Made by a program: the position numbers and the translations under genes
The notes under the pieces: model-generated
What the model saw: only the letters and a program-made list of their open reading frames with translations
What the model was told of the DNA's origin: nothing
Databases searched by the model: none
DNA from: Mycobacteriales bacterium
Lineage (GTDB): Bacteria > Actinomycetota > Actinomycetes > BP-191
Length of the DNA stretch: 49,553 nt
Assembly (NCBI GenBank): GCA_046715235.1
Contig: JBKJZO010000019.1
Coordinates: forward strand, 1 to 49,553
Direction of reading: 5' to 3'
Shown here: positions 34,765-44,439 of the stretch, in pieces
How positions within the stretch are numbered: the stretch's first letter is position 1
Layout: each line of letters opens with the position of its first letter

Positions 34765-36018
34765 ATGTCCACCCGTCGCGTCGCCGCCTGCGTGGCCGCC
34801 TCAGCGCTCGTGCTCGGGGCAGTAGCCGCCGGCGCAACGCCGGCCAGCGCAGCACCCGCCCCGATCGGCCCGGGCCTGTTCGGACTGCACGTCGGCAATC
34901 CCGTCGACAACTGGCCGACCGTCCCGTTCGGCACCATCCGTATCTGGGACAGCGGCGTGCACTGGGCGGCCCTGCAGCCGACGCCGACCACGTGGGACTT
35001 CACCAAGCTCGACGCGCAGGTGGAGCGGGCCATCGCCGGCAAGAAGGACATCGTGATGGTCCTCGGGATCACGCCCCGGTGGGCTTCCAAGCGTCCCAAT
35101 GAGGCGGGCAACTACGGCGTCGGTACGGCGGCCGAGCCCAAGGACATCCGTACCTGGACGGCGTACGTGCGCAAGCTCGCGATTCGCTACAAGGGCAAGA
35201 TCAACAAGTGGGAGCTCTACAACGAGCCCAACGCCGTACTGAACTTCAGTGGCAAGCCGATCGACATGGTGCGGATGGCTCAGCAGGCGTGGGGGCAGCT
35301 CAAGAGCGTCAGCCGGTCCAACGTGGTCATCTCGCCCGGAATCGTGACCCGCACGCTCAACAGCCCGAAGTGGCTCGACGAGTACCTCCGCCTCGGCGGC
35401 GGGCGCTACGCCAACGTCATCGCGGCGCACTTCTACGTCAAGGCCAAGGAGCGGCCTGAGGACACGATCCGTTACCTGGCGGTCGTCCGCAAGATCCTCA
35501 AGGACCGCCGACTTTCTCACCTGCCGCTGTGGAACACCGAGTCGAGCTACGGGCGCTACAACCCGACCGACCGGGCGACGCACGAGGTCTACGCCGGCTC
35601 GACGTCGATGGCGTACGTCGCGCGCACCTACGTGCTGATGGCCTCCGGCGGCGTCGCCCGCTCGTACTGGTACGGCTGGGACCACCGCAACTACACCGGG
35701 CTCTACCTCACGACCAACGGCAGCACGGCCGGACCGGCCGGAAAGGCGTACGGCGTGACGTACGGCTGGCTGGTCGGCAAGCAGATGCTCGGTTGCACCC
35801 GCATCGCGAGCGGCGCGTTGGCCGGTGGGTTCTCGTGCGCTCTGCGGCGAGGGGGGACGCAGATCCGCATCCTGTGGCATCCCGACCGGACCCGCCCGAT
35901 GCGCATTCCAGCCGGCTACCGCGCGCTTCACCGCCTCGACGGCAGCAAGCAGAGCGTACGCACCGGAACGGTGTTCAACGTCGGCCCGACGCCGGTCTAC
36001 ATCACCACGGCGCCGTAG
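34765..36018 (+). CDS. Secreted glycoside-hydrolase-like TIM-barrel protein (clan GH-A-like)
   Basis: MSTRRVAACVAASALVLGAVAAGATPASA is a signal-peptide-like N-terminus. WELYNEPN (an NEP acid/base-type motif) and later WNTESSYG resemble clan GH-A (GH5/GH39-like) hydrolases. Confidence 0.6.
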   Translation: MSTRRVAACVAASALVLGAVAAGATPASAAPAPIGPGLFGLHVGNPVDNWPTVPFGTIRIWDSGVHWAALQPTPTTWDFTKLDAQVERAIAGKKDIVMVLGITPRWASKRPNEAGNYGVGTAAEPKDIRTWTAYVRKLAIRYKGKINKWELYNEPNAVLNFSGKPIDMVRMAQQAWGQLKSVSRSNVVISPGIVTRTLNSPKWLDEYLRLGGGRYANVIAAHFYVKAKERPEDTIRYLAVVRKILKDRRLSHLPLWNTESSYGRYNPTDRATHEVYAGSTSMAYVARTYVLMASGGVARSYWYGWDHRNYTGLYLTTNGSTAGPAGKAYGVTYGWLVGKQMLGCTRIASGALAGGFSCALRRGGTQIRILWHPDRTRPMRIPAGYRALHRLDGSKQSVRTGTVFNVGPTPVYITTAP

Positions 36019-36028
36019 CCGTGCGCGG

Positions 36029-38521
36029 CTAGGTGCCGGTGAGAACGCGCGCGGGACTCGTCGCCGCGAGGTTCGCCTGCGTGGGTGCGACGCGCGTTCG
36101 GTACTTGACGGCCCGGCGTGCTGAGGCGCGGATGGTGAACGCGTAGCTGCCGGCGCTGTTGGTCCTGGTGCTGGTGATGTTGCGCCAGGTACGGCCGTCG
36201 AGCCGCTGCAGTATGACGACGACCCCGCGCGTTGCCGGAGCAACAACTCCGCGCATCGTCACCACGGTGCCCCGGTGCGCGCGGGCCGTGCTGAGCGTCG
36301 CGCTCAGTTTCGGCACGACGTTGACGCCCACCGGATCGGAGACCGATCCCAGCCACTCACCGGTTCCGCTGAACCGGAGCGCGAACTCGGTGTTGCTCGT
36401 GGGCCGCACGACCAGTCGCACGAGGCCAGCGCCGCTGGTACGCAGGCTGCGGTAGCCGCGCCAGGTCTTCGCGCCCTTGACCCGGATCAGTACGTCGACG
36501 CGCTGGCCCGCGCGCGGACGGCGCGCGCCGTCGTACAAGACACCCATGAGGGTCGACGGCTGACCGAGCTTGACGGTGGTCGAGGCGGCTCGCAGCCGAG
36601 TCAGATGGCTGCGCAGCAGGGTCGACGCCGATTGGACTGTTCCGCCGGTCGTGGTCAGCGCGCTGATGTGCACGCTGTGGTCGGAGTTGTTCGGTAGGCC
36701 GGTGACGTCGGCCGCGGTCCGTTCGGGGTTCATCGTGATCCGCGTCCGGGCCCCGGGCGAGCTGACGACGACCTGAACGGTGGACGCCACAACGCCGGCG
36801 GGTAGCCGCCACGACAGGCGCGCCGCCCCGAGGCCGTCGGCGCCGGCGTACGGCACCGCGCGCAGGCCGTCGAACGTGGGCGAAACGACCCGCGGAACCG
36901 TGGCCTCGGGCAGCGTGTCGACCGCGGTCACGTAGACCGGCACCGAGTCGGCGCTGGTGCCGAGGGCATTCGTCGCGGTGACGCTGACCGCGTAGGTCGT
37001 TCCGGACGAGAGGCCGCCGATGACACAGCTGGTCGCGGAGAACGCGGCCGAGCAGGATTGGCCGCCGGGAGCGGTGGTGGCGATGAAGCCGGTGAGGGGC
37101 GTGCCGCCGTCGGAGTCCGACATGCCCCACACGACGTTGATGCGGCGATCGCTCAGCGCGGAGGCGGAAACGCCGGTCCTGACTGCCGGTGTGGTCGCGG
37201 TGGCATATCGGGCGAGCCGCGACACTCCGCTCGCGCCACCCGCGACGACCAGCCGCGACTGCCCGTCGACAGCGACGTCGCTGGTCATGGCGTCGCGATC
37301 GGCGGCGACGTCGAAGACATATCCGTCGCCGCGCAAGCCGAACCCGACGTCGGGCGCGCCCGCGGGGTTCAGCCGCAGCAGCGCGAAGCCGAAGTGCTGG
37401 CCGTTGTCGACGGTGCCGGCAACGACGACGCGGTTGGCGGCGTCGACGACGACGGACTCGCCGAACACCTCGTTACCGGCGACGACCGATGCGTGAACGC
37501 CGTCGACGCTGAACGACGTGTCGGGAGCGCCGCCCGCGATGTAGCGCGCAACCGCGACGACCTGCTTGCCGTCAAGCAGTGCCGAGCCCGCGACGACTAC
37601 GCGGTCGCTGCCGTCGAGCGTGACGGACGACGCATTCGACAGCGCACCGACCGAGTAGTCGGCGATGAGGCCGCCCGACCCGAAGGAGCTGTCCGGCGTA
37701 CCGCTCGTGGTGTAGCGAGCGATCCCGAAGCCGGTTCGTGAGCCGTTGTCGACCATGCCTGCGACGACGGCCTTACCTTCGGCGTCGACAACGATCGATG
37801 AGCCCTCCGACCCGACACCCGCCGAGAAGTCCGTGACGAGGCCGGACTCGCCGTATGACGGGTCGGGCGCGCCGGCGGTGGTGTACCGCGCAACGAGGAA
37901 CCCGGTTCGCGACCCGTTGTTGACCTTGCCGGCGAGGAGGATCTTTCCGTCGCTTTGCAGTGCAAGGGAGAGCCCTTGCGAGTCGGTGCCCGCGTCGAAG
38001 TCGACCAGGACGCCGTCTCCGAAGCCGAACGTCGTGTCCGGGGCGCCGGTGTCGGTGAATCGGGCGACGAACACACCTTCGCGCGTGCCGTTCGACGAGA
38101 TGCCGGCGACGAGGATGCGGCCACTCGTGTCGGTCGCCACATCCTGCGCGCGATAGTTCTGCGCGTCGAACCCGATGCTCACGCCGTTGACTCCGAAGCC
38201 CGTGTCGGCTGCGCCGTTGGCGGTGTAGCGGGCGACGAACGCCATGTTGCGGGCGCCGTCGAAGAGGGACCCGGCAACGAGCAGCCGGCCCGACGCGTCG
38301 ATGGTGACCGCCTCGGGCGCCGGCAGGCTTTGCACATTCGGCGGCGGCGCCTCTCCGCGAGTTCCGAAGCTCAAGTCGATCATCCCGTCGACAGTGACCG
38401 CGGCATTCGCCGGCGGTGCGAGCGCATGGACGCCCACGCCGGTGGTCAGCGCAGTCAGTGCCACGGCGGAGATAACCGAGCGGCGGCGAATCGCACACCG
38501 GAAGCGCGAATGGTGAAGCAT
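36029..38521 (-). CDS. Secreted protein with tandem delta-60-type repeats, an FN3 domain and a C-terminal beta-rich region
   Basis: ATG 38521 is preceded by TGGGGGA. The signal-like N-terminus is RRSVISAVALTALTTGVGVHALAPPANA. At least seven repeats follow the form D(T/S)(S/T)FG..G.....F......(A/S)....DG(K/R).(V/L)VAG....G.......VARYT..G.PD. Then comes an FN3-like VVWGMSDSDGGTPLTGFIA...GLSSGTTYAVSVTATNALG. Confidence 0.75.
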   Translation of the reverse strand: MLHHSRFRCAIRRRSVISAVALTALTTGVGVHALAPPANAAVTVDGMIDLSFGTRGEAPPPNVQSLPAPEAVTIDASGRLLVAGSLFDGARNMAFVARYTANGAADTGFGVNGVSIGFDAQNYRAQDVATDTSGRILVAGISSNGTREGVFVARFTDTGAPDTTFGFGDGVLVDFDAGTDSQGLSLALQSDGKILLAGKVNNGSRTGFLVARYTTAGAPDPSYGESGLVTDFSAGVGSEGSSIVVDAEGKAVVAGMVDNGSRTGFGIARYTTSGTPDSSFGSGGLIADYSVGALSNASSVTLDGSDRVVVAGSALLDGKQVVAVARYIAGGAPDTSFSVDGVHASVVAGNEVFGESVVVDAANRVVVAGTVDNGQHFGFALLRLNPAGAPDVGFGLRGDGYVFDVAADRDAMTSDVAVDGQSRLVVAGGASGVSRLARYATATTPAVRTGVSASALSDRRINVVWGMSDSDGGTPLTGFIATTAPGGQSCSAAFSATSCVIGGLSSGTTYAVSVTATNALGTSADSVPVYVTAVDTLPEATVPRVVSPTFDGLRAVPYAGADGLGAARLSWRLPAGVVASTVQVVVSSPGARTRITMNPERTAADVTGLPNNSDHSVHISALTTTGGTVQSASTLLRSHLTRLRAASTTVKLGQPSTLMGVLYDGARRPRAGQRVDVLIRVKGAKTWRGYRSLRTSGAGLVRLVVRPTSNTEFALRFSGTGEWLGSVSDPVGVNVVPKLSATLSTARAHRGTVVTMRGVVAPATRGVVVILQRLDGRTWRNITSTRTNSAGSYAFTIRASARRAVKYRTRVAPTQANLAATSPARVLTGT

Positions 38522-38705
38522 CTGGTCCCCCAAGAGCGCCATGCAAATGGCTCGCGCAGCGTACGTGCCAGGGGCTCCCAGCGAAGCGGAACGGAGCTAT
38601 CTCCCGTTATGCCCGGCGAAGTTGTGCACATTTTTCCCCGACCGGTCCACCGGCAGGTGCAGATCGCGCAGGCTGATCCGCATCGTCCGAGACGCGGAGT
38701 GGCCA

Positions 38706-38987
38706 ATGAGGTTCGAGGTCGTGACCGATGATTTGCGGCTGTCGTCAGACGCCGCCGTCCGCGTGCTCGATGCTCTGCGGGCACTGCAGGCGGTTCGTCT
38801 GCTCGACGACGGAGCCGGACTCGTACCCGGCGGTCGGCTCGCGGCGGCCATGGTCGACGTGAGCGACGTCCTCGCTGCGGCAATCCGGCAGGCCGCGTCG
38901 GCCACGGAGCAGGTGGCGCGCCGGCTTGATGCCGCCGCGGTGCAGTACACGCGTTCCGACGCCTTGGCCATGCGCAGCGGGCGCTGA
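38706..38987 (+). CDS. Small helical protein (93 aa), possibly a WXG100/EsxA-like secretion partner
   Basis: The ORF starts MRFEVVTDDLRLSSDAAVRVLDAL.... It is Ala/Leu-rich with helical character, and its stop lies 1 nt before the next start (TGAcATG). Confidence 0.45.
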   Translation: MRFEVVTDDLRLSSDAAVRVLDALRALQAVRLLDDGAGLVPGGRLAAAMVDVSDVLAAAIRQAASATEQVARRLDAAAVQYTRSDALAMRSGR

Positions 38988-38988
38988 C

Positions 38989-40683
38989 ATGGCTATCACG
39001 ATCGAGAGGTTGCTCGCGTGGGATCTGGACGGGCTGCGGGTGAACGGGCGCGCGATTCGCGCCGATGCCGACACCGTTCGCGCGCTCGCGACGAGCCTGG
39101 CCGATCCGGCACGCCGGTGGCGCGGGAGGGCAGCGCTCGCTGCCGCGGACACCGACGCCCGCCTTCGCGAGGAGCTGACGCGGCTGGGTGACTCGCTGAT
39201 GCTTGCCGGCGCGACCCTCGCCGCCGCGGCAGCCGCTCTCGAGCTGGTGCAAGGCTCGGCGATGCGTGCGCGCGACTACGCAGCGCAGCACTCGCTGACC
39301 GTTTACCCCGACGGCCGGGTCGTCGTTCCGCCCATCCTCACCAATCCCAACCCCGCGCCCGACAGCCCCGCCCTCCTCCGTTATTCGGAGCAGCTGAGGG
39401 TGGCCGAGCATGCGAGCGCGTTGGCGCGTGCCGCGCTCGACGCGGCTGAAGAAGCCGACGCAGAGGCGGCGGTGGCCATCGCTGACGCGGGTGCACAGTC
39501 GCGGCGACTTTCGTTTCTCACCGAGTTCGGGATGCCGGCCAGTTGGCTCGGCGCGATGGAGCGCGTGCTCCGCATGACGACGGCAGCGACTGTCATCTCG
39601 CAGCTCAGTCGCCGCAACCTGCCTGACGCGGGCGCCCCTGTGGCCGACGTCGCAGCATGGTGGTCGACGCTGTCGGCTGACGAGAGGAAACGGCTGGTCG
39701 CGGCATTCCCTGACCACCTGGGGGGTCTCGAAGGCATTCCGGCAGCAGCGAGGCATGCCGCCAATTCGGCTGTCTTGCACAGGGAGCTGCAGGTCGCGCG
39801 CCTTGCGGTCGAGAACGCGGGGCCAACGTGGGTCGCGGGCTACTCGTTCAACTCAGGGTCGGCCAACCGCCTCGCGATGCTGGAGGCCGTACGCCGGCAG
39901 CTCGCCGCGGATCCCTCACGCCGGCTTCTTGTCCTCGACCCGCGCGGCGCCGGTCTCGCTGCGGTTGCCGTCGGTGACGTCGACACCGCAGACCACGTCG
40001 CGGTCCTAGTCCCAGGACTCGAGCAGGACGTCAAGGAAGACCTCGACAACGTGGTGTGGAACGCCGAGCGGCTGCAGCGGACCGCCGACGCGTGGACTGG
40101 TCGCATCGCGCCGGGCGAGAAGGTCGCGGCGGTCGCCTGGCTCGGCTACCGCACACCGACTGTTCTGACCGTGGCTTCTCCAATCAAGGCCCTGCGTGGG
40201 GCGCCGAAGCTCGACGGTTTTGTCCGAGGAGTTGACGCCTCACGCGAGGCCGCTCGCGTGTTCGACGGCGGCCGGCCCGGCGCGCACCTGACGGTGGTGG
40301 GTCATTCCTACGGCTCGCTGACCGCCGGGTTGAGCGTTCGGCGCGCCACGCCGGTCGACGACTTGGTCTTCATCGGGAGCCCGGGGGTTGGGTCGTGGAG
40401 CACTTCGGCGCTGTCGGTGCCCGCCGGACATGTGTACGTCGGCAAGGCGGCACGCGACACTGTGACCTACACCGAGTGGTTCGGTCCTGACCCCGCTACC
40501 TGTGGCTTCGGCACTTCCCGGTTTCAGACCGACGGCGGGCTCGACTCGCTGACGGGCCAGGAGCTCACCGGCTCGCACGGGCACAGCGAATATTTCGAGA
40601 TGCACAGCGAATCGGTGCGCAACATCGCGTTGATCGCCATCGATCGCCCCCAGGAGGTCACCCGGGCGCGGTGCGTCTGGTAG
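38989..40683 (+). CDS. Alpha/beta hydrolase of the DUF1023 type with an N-terminal helical domain (564 aa)
   Basis: ATG 38989 gives MAITIERLLAWDLDGL.... The C-terminal half has HVAVLVPGLEQD and LTVVGHSYGSLTAG (GxSxG) followed by FIGSPGVG, which fits my memory of the actinobacterial DUF1023 hydrolase family. Confidence 0.7.
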   Translation: MAITIERLLAWDLDGLRVNGRAIRADADTVRALATSLADPARRWRGRAALAAADTDARLREELTRLGDSLMLAGATLAAAAAALELVQGSAMRARDYAAQHSLTVYPDGRVVVPPILTNPNPAPDSPALLRYSEQLRVAEHASALARAALDAAEEADAEAAVAIADAGAQSRRLSFLTEFGMPASWLGAMERVLRMTTAATVISQLSRRNLPDAGAPVADVAAWWSTLSADERKRLVAAFPDHLGGLEGIPAAARHAANSAVLHRELQVARLAVENAGPTWVAGYSFNSGSANRLAMLEAVRRQLAADPSRRLLVLDPRGAGLAAVAVGDVDTADHVAVLVPGLEQDVKEDLDNVVWNAERLQRTADAWTGRIAPGEKVAAVAWLGYRTPTVLTVASPIKALRGAPKLDGFVRGVDASREAARVFDGGRPGAHLTVVGHSYGSLTAGLSVRRATPVDDLVFIGSPGVGSWSTSALSVPAGHVYVGKAARDTVTYTEWFGPDPATCGFGTSRFQTDGGLDSLTGQELTGSHGHSEYFEMHSESVRNIALIAIDRPQEVTRARCVW

Positions 40684-40693
40684 GGCGCCCTCA

Positions 40694-41182
40694 TCATGTG
40701 AGGAAAACCCAGACGGCCCACGTCGCGACCATCGCGACACCGCACGCGGCTTCGACGAGCACCCCGAGCCCGAAACCTTTCATGGCTGTCAGCGTGACGC
40801 GCCATGCGGCTGACCAGTCGCGCAGGCGGGCGCGCTCGGCCAGCAGCAGTCCCGCTATCGCGCCAGGAATGAAGCCGACGACGGGTAGCACGAACATGCC
40901 GACCACCCCGCCGGCCACGGCAGCGAGCAGTGATGACCGCGGGGCGCCGCCGCGCGCAGCTGACCGTCGCGCCAGCACGACCGAGACCAGGCTGCCCGCA
41001 ACGAAGAGCCCGCTGATGACGACCATCGCGGCGGCGCCGACGACCCCGAATCCCTCGACGATGCCGTAGAAGATCGCCGCGCCGAGGATCAGCAGCAGCC
41101 CGGGGAGCACTGGAATCAGCGTGCCCACAAGCCCGACCGCCATCGCGACCGCGACGATCAGCGTCGTCGCGGTCGATGTCAT
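40694..41182 (-). CDS. DUF456-type small membrane protein
   Basis: MTSTATTLIVAVAMAVGLVGTLIPVLPGLLLILGAAIFYGIVEGF... has four or more TM segments typical of DUF456. The 619-aa ORF upstream of ATG 41182 is Arg-rich and antisense to real genes. Confidence 0.7.
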   Translation of the reverse strand: MTSTATTLIVAVAMAVGLVGTLIPVLPGLLLILGAAIFYGIVEGFGVVGAAAMVVISGLFVAGSLVSVVLARRSAARGGAPRSSLLAAVAGGVVGMFVLPVVGFIPGAIAGLLLAERARLRDWSAAWRVTLTAMKGFGLGVLVEAACGVAMVATWAVWVFLT

Positions 41183-41221
41183 GGCTGCACGATAGCCGCG
41201 GTCTGCCCTGGCCATCGGTCC

Positions 41222-41728
41222 ATGCGGCACACTCCGGTCATGACCAAGGCGACGAGCGGCTACCCGCTGCTGTTGCATCTCGCCGGCCGCCGCGCAGTCG
41301 TGGTCGGGGCCGGCATTGTGGCGACCCGCCGCGCGACCGCGCTCGTGGCCGCCGGCGCCGACGTCACCGTCATCGCGCCCGACGGCACGGAGGCGATGGC
41401 TGCGCTCGCGCTCACGTGGCAGCGCCGAGCGTACGCCGAGGGCGACCTCGCCGGCGCATGGCTCGTGCACGCCGCGACCGACGATCCAGCCGTCAACGCC
41501 GCCGTCGCCGCGGAGGCGCAGCGCTCCGGCATCTGGTGCGTGCGCGCCGACGATGCCGCCGCGAGCGCGGTGTGGGTGCCAGCCGTCGTACGAACTGACG
41601 ACCTGATCGTCGCGATCAACGCCGGCGGGGATCCGCGGCGCGCACGGGCGGTGCGCGACGCCGTACAGGAGAGCCTCCCCGCGATCCTGGCAGCGGCCGA
41701 AGCGCACGCGGCCGGTCGCGTTGACTGA
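41222..41728 (+). CDS. Precorrin-2 dehydrogenase / sirohydrochlorin ferrochelatase (siroheme synthase N-terminal-domain type)
   Basis: YPLLLHLAGRRAVVVGAGIVATRRATALVAAGADVTVIAP is the Rossmann N-terminus of CysG(N)/SirC-type enzymes. The start could instead be ATG 41240. Confidence 0.7.
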   Translation: MRHTPVMTKATSGYPLLLHLAGRRAVVVGAGIVATRRATALVAAGADVTVIAPDGTEAMAALALTWQRRAYAEGDLAGAWLVHAATDDPAVNAAVAAEAQRSGIWCVRADDAAASAVWVPAVVRTDDLIVAINAGGDPRRARAVRDAVQESLPAILAAAEAHAAGRVD

Positions 41729-41734
41729 GGCCGA

Positions 41735-41930
41735 CCGCAGGTGATGGAGTGCGCACCAGCTAGGGCACGACAAGCGCAACTGAGGAAGCCGGTGCAAATC
41801 CGGCGCGGTCCCGCCACTGTCACCGGGGAGCGACCTCCACGCACGGGCCACGGCCCTTCGGGGTTGGAAGGCCGGAGGAAGCGTCGATCCGGGAGCCAGG
41901 ACACTCGTGCGTGCGTCATCTTCGACCGGG
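41735..41930 (+). promoter_or_regulatory. Cobalamin (adenosylcobalamin) riboswitch
   Basis: The conserved core gaggaagccggtgcaaatccggcgcggtcccgccactgt lies at 41782-41820, with the B12 box gccactg at 41813-41819. The downstream gggagccaggacac lies at 41891-41904. The element sits just upstream of the cbtB start (ATG 41957, SD-like gggagcaggg). Confidence 0.85.
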
Positions 41931-41956
41931 GCGCGTGAACCCCGTAGGGAGCAGGG

Positions 41957-42154
41957 ATGAGCACACTCGTACTTCGGACGAGGCAGCTGCCGAGGGCAGT
42001 GCTGCTGGCCGCGACGATCCTGTTCGCGCTGCTGGCAGTCTTCGTCGTCGCGTTCGACCAGAGCTATGCGCTCAGCGGAGCGGCCGAGGCCGGAAACGTC
42101 GTCCACGAGTTCTTCCACGACGCCCGGCACCTGCTCGGCGTTCCGTGTCACTGA
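41957..42154 (+). CDS. cbtB: Cobalt transporter subunit CbtB
   Basis: A 65-aa protein with one TM helix and the C-terminal HEFFHDARHLLGVPCH motif typical of CbtB. Confidence 0.8.
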   Translation: MSTLVLRTRQLPRAVLLAATILFALLAVFVVAFDQSYALSGAAEAGNVVHEFFHDARHLLGVPCH

Positions 42155-42158
42155 GGCC

Positions 42159-42917
42159 ATGATGACTGCCTCCCTGAAGCGGGGGCTGCTAGCCGGCCTC
42201 CTTGCGGGTCTGTTCGCTGCGCTTTTCGTTTTCGTCATCGCCGAGCCGGTGATCGACCGCGCGATAGCGCTCGAGGGCCAGCACTCACACGAGACCGCGG
42301 TGGTCACCGCCACGACGACTGACACCGCCGCCGCCGCTGATGCCCCGCACGAGCATGCGACCGAGGTTTCCCGCGACACCCAGCGCCGCGTCGGCGCGCC
42401 ATTGGGCTTCACGCTCGTCGGCGCCGCGTTCGGCGTCTTCTTCGCGCTCCTGTACGCCGCCCTCGGGCGTTTCGTCTCGACCCGCGACACCTGGCAGCGC
42501 ACCCTCGCACTCGCTGGTGCAGCACTGACGGCGATGGTCGTGGTCCCGTTCATTCGCTACCCGGCGAATCCGCCGGGTGTCGGCGATCCGGACACGTTTG
42601 ATCAGCGCACGCGGTTGTACCTCGCGGCGGTGCTCCTCGGTGTCGTGGCCGTCACGATGGCCTGGTGCTTGCTGCGCGAACTCGCGCGGCGGGGGATGCC
42701 GCAACCCGCCCGGCACATCGTCGTAGCGGTTGCGTTCGTCACCCTCGTTGCAGCGGGCTATGCGGTCCTACCCGACAACACTGACGCAGTGCCCGTGCCG
42801 GCGACCTTGCTCTGGGACTTCCGGCTCCGCTCGATCGCCACCCAGTTCATCTTGTGGGGCGCGCTCGCGGCGGGCTTCGGGCTGCTGACCGAACGCGCCG
42901 CACGACGTTCCCGGTGA
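42159..42917 (+). CDS. cbtA: Cobalt transporter subunit CbtA
   Basis: ATG 42159 gives MMTASLKRGLLAGLLAGLFAALFVFVIAEPVIDRAIALE. A His-containing loop and multiple TM helices follow, and the gene sits immediately after cbtB. Confidence 0.75.
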   Translation: MMTASLKRGLLAGLLAGLFAALFVFVIAEPVIDRAIALEGQHSHETAVVTATTTDTAAAADAPHEHATEVSRDTQRRVGAPLGFTLVGAAFGVFFALLYAALGRFVSTRDTWQRTLALAGAALTAMVVVPFIRYPANPPGVGDPDTFDQRTRLYLAAVLLGVVAVTMAWCLLRELARRGMPQPARHIVVAVAFVTLVAAGYAVLPDNTDAVPVPATLLWDFRLRSIATQFILWGALAAGFGLLTERAARRSR

Positions 42918-43495
42918 CCCCTGTCCGCACGGTTCTGCTCGTGCGGCATGCGGGCACGCTGGCTACCCGACGAGGCGACTTCCCCCTCGACGAGCCGCTC
43001 TCCGAGGACACCAAGCTCGACGCTGTCGCGCTCGGCGGCTTTACCGAGTGGGGCGCGCCGGTTTTCACGAGCCCAGCCCGGCGCGCCGTGCAGACCGCGG
43101 AGGCGGCGGAGTGGTCACCTCTCGTCGACGCACGCCTGTGCGCCCTCGATCTCGGGTCGTGGGGTGGCCGCAGCCTGCGCGACGTCCAGTCGAGCGACCC
43201 TGAAGGCTTCCTGGCCTGGATGACCGACCCGCAGGCCCGGCCGCACGACGGCGAGACCGTGGCCGAGCTGCTCGACCGGGTGCGCCCGCTGCTCGACGAA
43301 TGGCACGCTGGCCCTCGCGACGACCTGGTGGCAGTGACACATGGCTCGCTGATCCGTGCCGCCGTCACTGTCGCGATGGACGCGCCTGCCACAAGTTTTT
43401 GGCGGGTGGAGGCCTCGCCGGCATCCGTCACCGAACTGCACACGCGCGGCACGGGGTGGGTGCTCTACCGCACCAACCAGCACGAGGACGGGTGA
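42914..43495 (+). CDS. cobC: Histidine-phosphatase family protein, probably alpha-ribazole phosphatase (CobC-like)
   Basis: GTG 42914 overlaps the cbtA stop as GTGA. VLLVRHAGT is an RHG-type motif and AVTHGSLIRA is the second His motif. The gene sits in a cob operon. Confidence 0.65.
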   Translation: MTPVRTVLLVRHAGTLATRRGDFPLDEPLSEDTKLDAVALGGFTEWGAPVFTSPARRAVQTAEAAEWSPLVDARLCALDLGSWGGRSLRDVQSSDPEGFLAWMTDPQARPHDGETVAELLDRVRPLLDEWHAGPRDDLVAVTHGSLIRAAVTVAMDAPATSFWRVEASPASVTELHTRGTGWVLYRTNQHEDG

Positions 43496-44427
43496 GTTCG
43501 CCGGGCGGTCTCGCGCTTGGCTTCGCGGCTGACCTGGTCTTCGGCGATCCCCGCCGCGGGCATCCGGTGGCGATGTTCGGCAAGGGAGCGGGCGCGCTCG
43601 AGCGACGGATGTGGCGGCCTTCCCGCGTGAGCGGTGTGGCGTACGCCGGCGCGTGCGTCGGGGCCGCTACCGCAGCGGGTGCTGCACTCGATCGCCTGGC
43701 GCGGCGTCGTCGTACCCGGACTGCCGTGACCGCCGTCGCTGCTTGGGCGGTGGTCGGCGGCCGCTCTCTGCACCGGGAGGCCGGCCGGATAGGCGCCGCT
43801 CTCGGGGCCGGTGACCTCGCCGGGGCGCGCGCCGCCCTCCCCGCCCTGGTCGGTCGCGATCCCTCAGCGCTGGACGGCGACGGGATCGCCCGCGCGGTCG
43901 TCGAGTCGGTCGCCGAGAACACCTCCGACGCCGTCGTCGCGCCGTTGTTCTGGGGTGCGGTTGCCGGACCCGCCGGGCTGCTGGGTTACCGCGCGGCCAA
44001 CACGCTCGACGCGATGGTCGGCTACCGCTCGGACCGGTACGAGAGATTCGGCTGGGCGGCCGCGCGGACCGACGACGTAGCCAACTGGATCCCGGCGCGG
44101 ATCACCGGTGCTCTTGCCGCCGCACTCGCCCCGACCGTCGGCGGCGACCCGGCGAGGGCATGGCGGATCCTGCGTCGCGACGGTGCGAATCACCCCAGCC
44201 CCAATGCGGGGCGGTGCGAGGCGGCCTTCGCCGGGGCGCTCGACGTACGACTCGGTGGCCGCAACGTGTACGGCGACCGGGTTGAGGAGCGCCCCGAGCT
44301 CGGTGCCGGTCGCAGCCCGGCAGCTGCCGACATCGAGCGCGCGGTCCGGCTCTCGCGAGCAGTCGGCGTCGCGGCCGTCGCAGCAGCATGCCTCCTTTCG
44401 GCGGTGCGCGATGCGCGCCGCATCTGA
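43492..44427 (+). CDS. cobD: Adenosylcobinamide-phosphate synthase CobD/CbiB
   Basis: GTG 43492 overlaps the cobC stop as GTGA. The GDP...HPV..FG N-terminus, SVAENTSDAVVAPLFW, NHPSPNAG and a membrane-protein profile match CobD/CbiB. Confidence 0.85.
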   Translation: MSSPGGLALGFAADLVFGDPRRGHPVAMFGKGAGALERRMWRPSRVSGVAYAGACVGAATAAGAALDRLARRRRTRTAVTAVAAWAVVGGRSLHREAGRIGAALGAGDLAGARAALPALVGRDPSALDGDGIARAVVESVAENTSDAVVAPLFWGAVAGPAGLLGYRAANTLDAMVGYRSDRYERFGWAAARTDDVANWIPARITGALAAALAPTVGGDPARAWRILRRDGANHPSPNAGRCEAAFAGALDVRLGGRNVYGDRVEERPELGAGRSPAAADIERAVRLSRAVGVAAVAAACLLSAVRDARRI

Positions 44428-44439
44428 GAGGGTGACTGC

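Noticed and set aside
41183-42553. Upstream 457 codons of the 619-aa minus-strand ORF 40694-42553
   Set aside because: The stretch is Arg/Ala-rich and antisense to the siroheme-synthase-type gene, the riboswitch, cbtB and cbtA. Only the last 162 codons (DUF456) look real.
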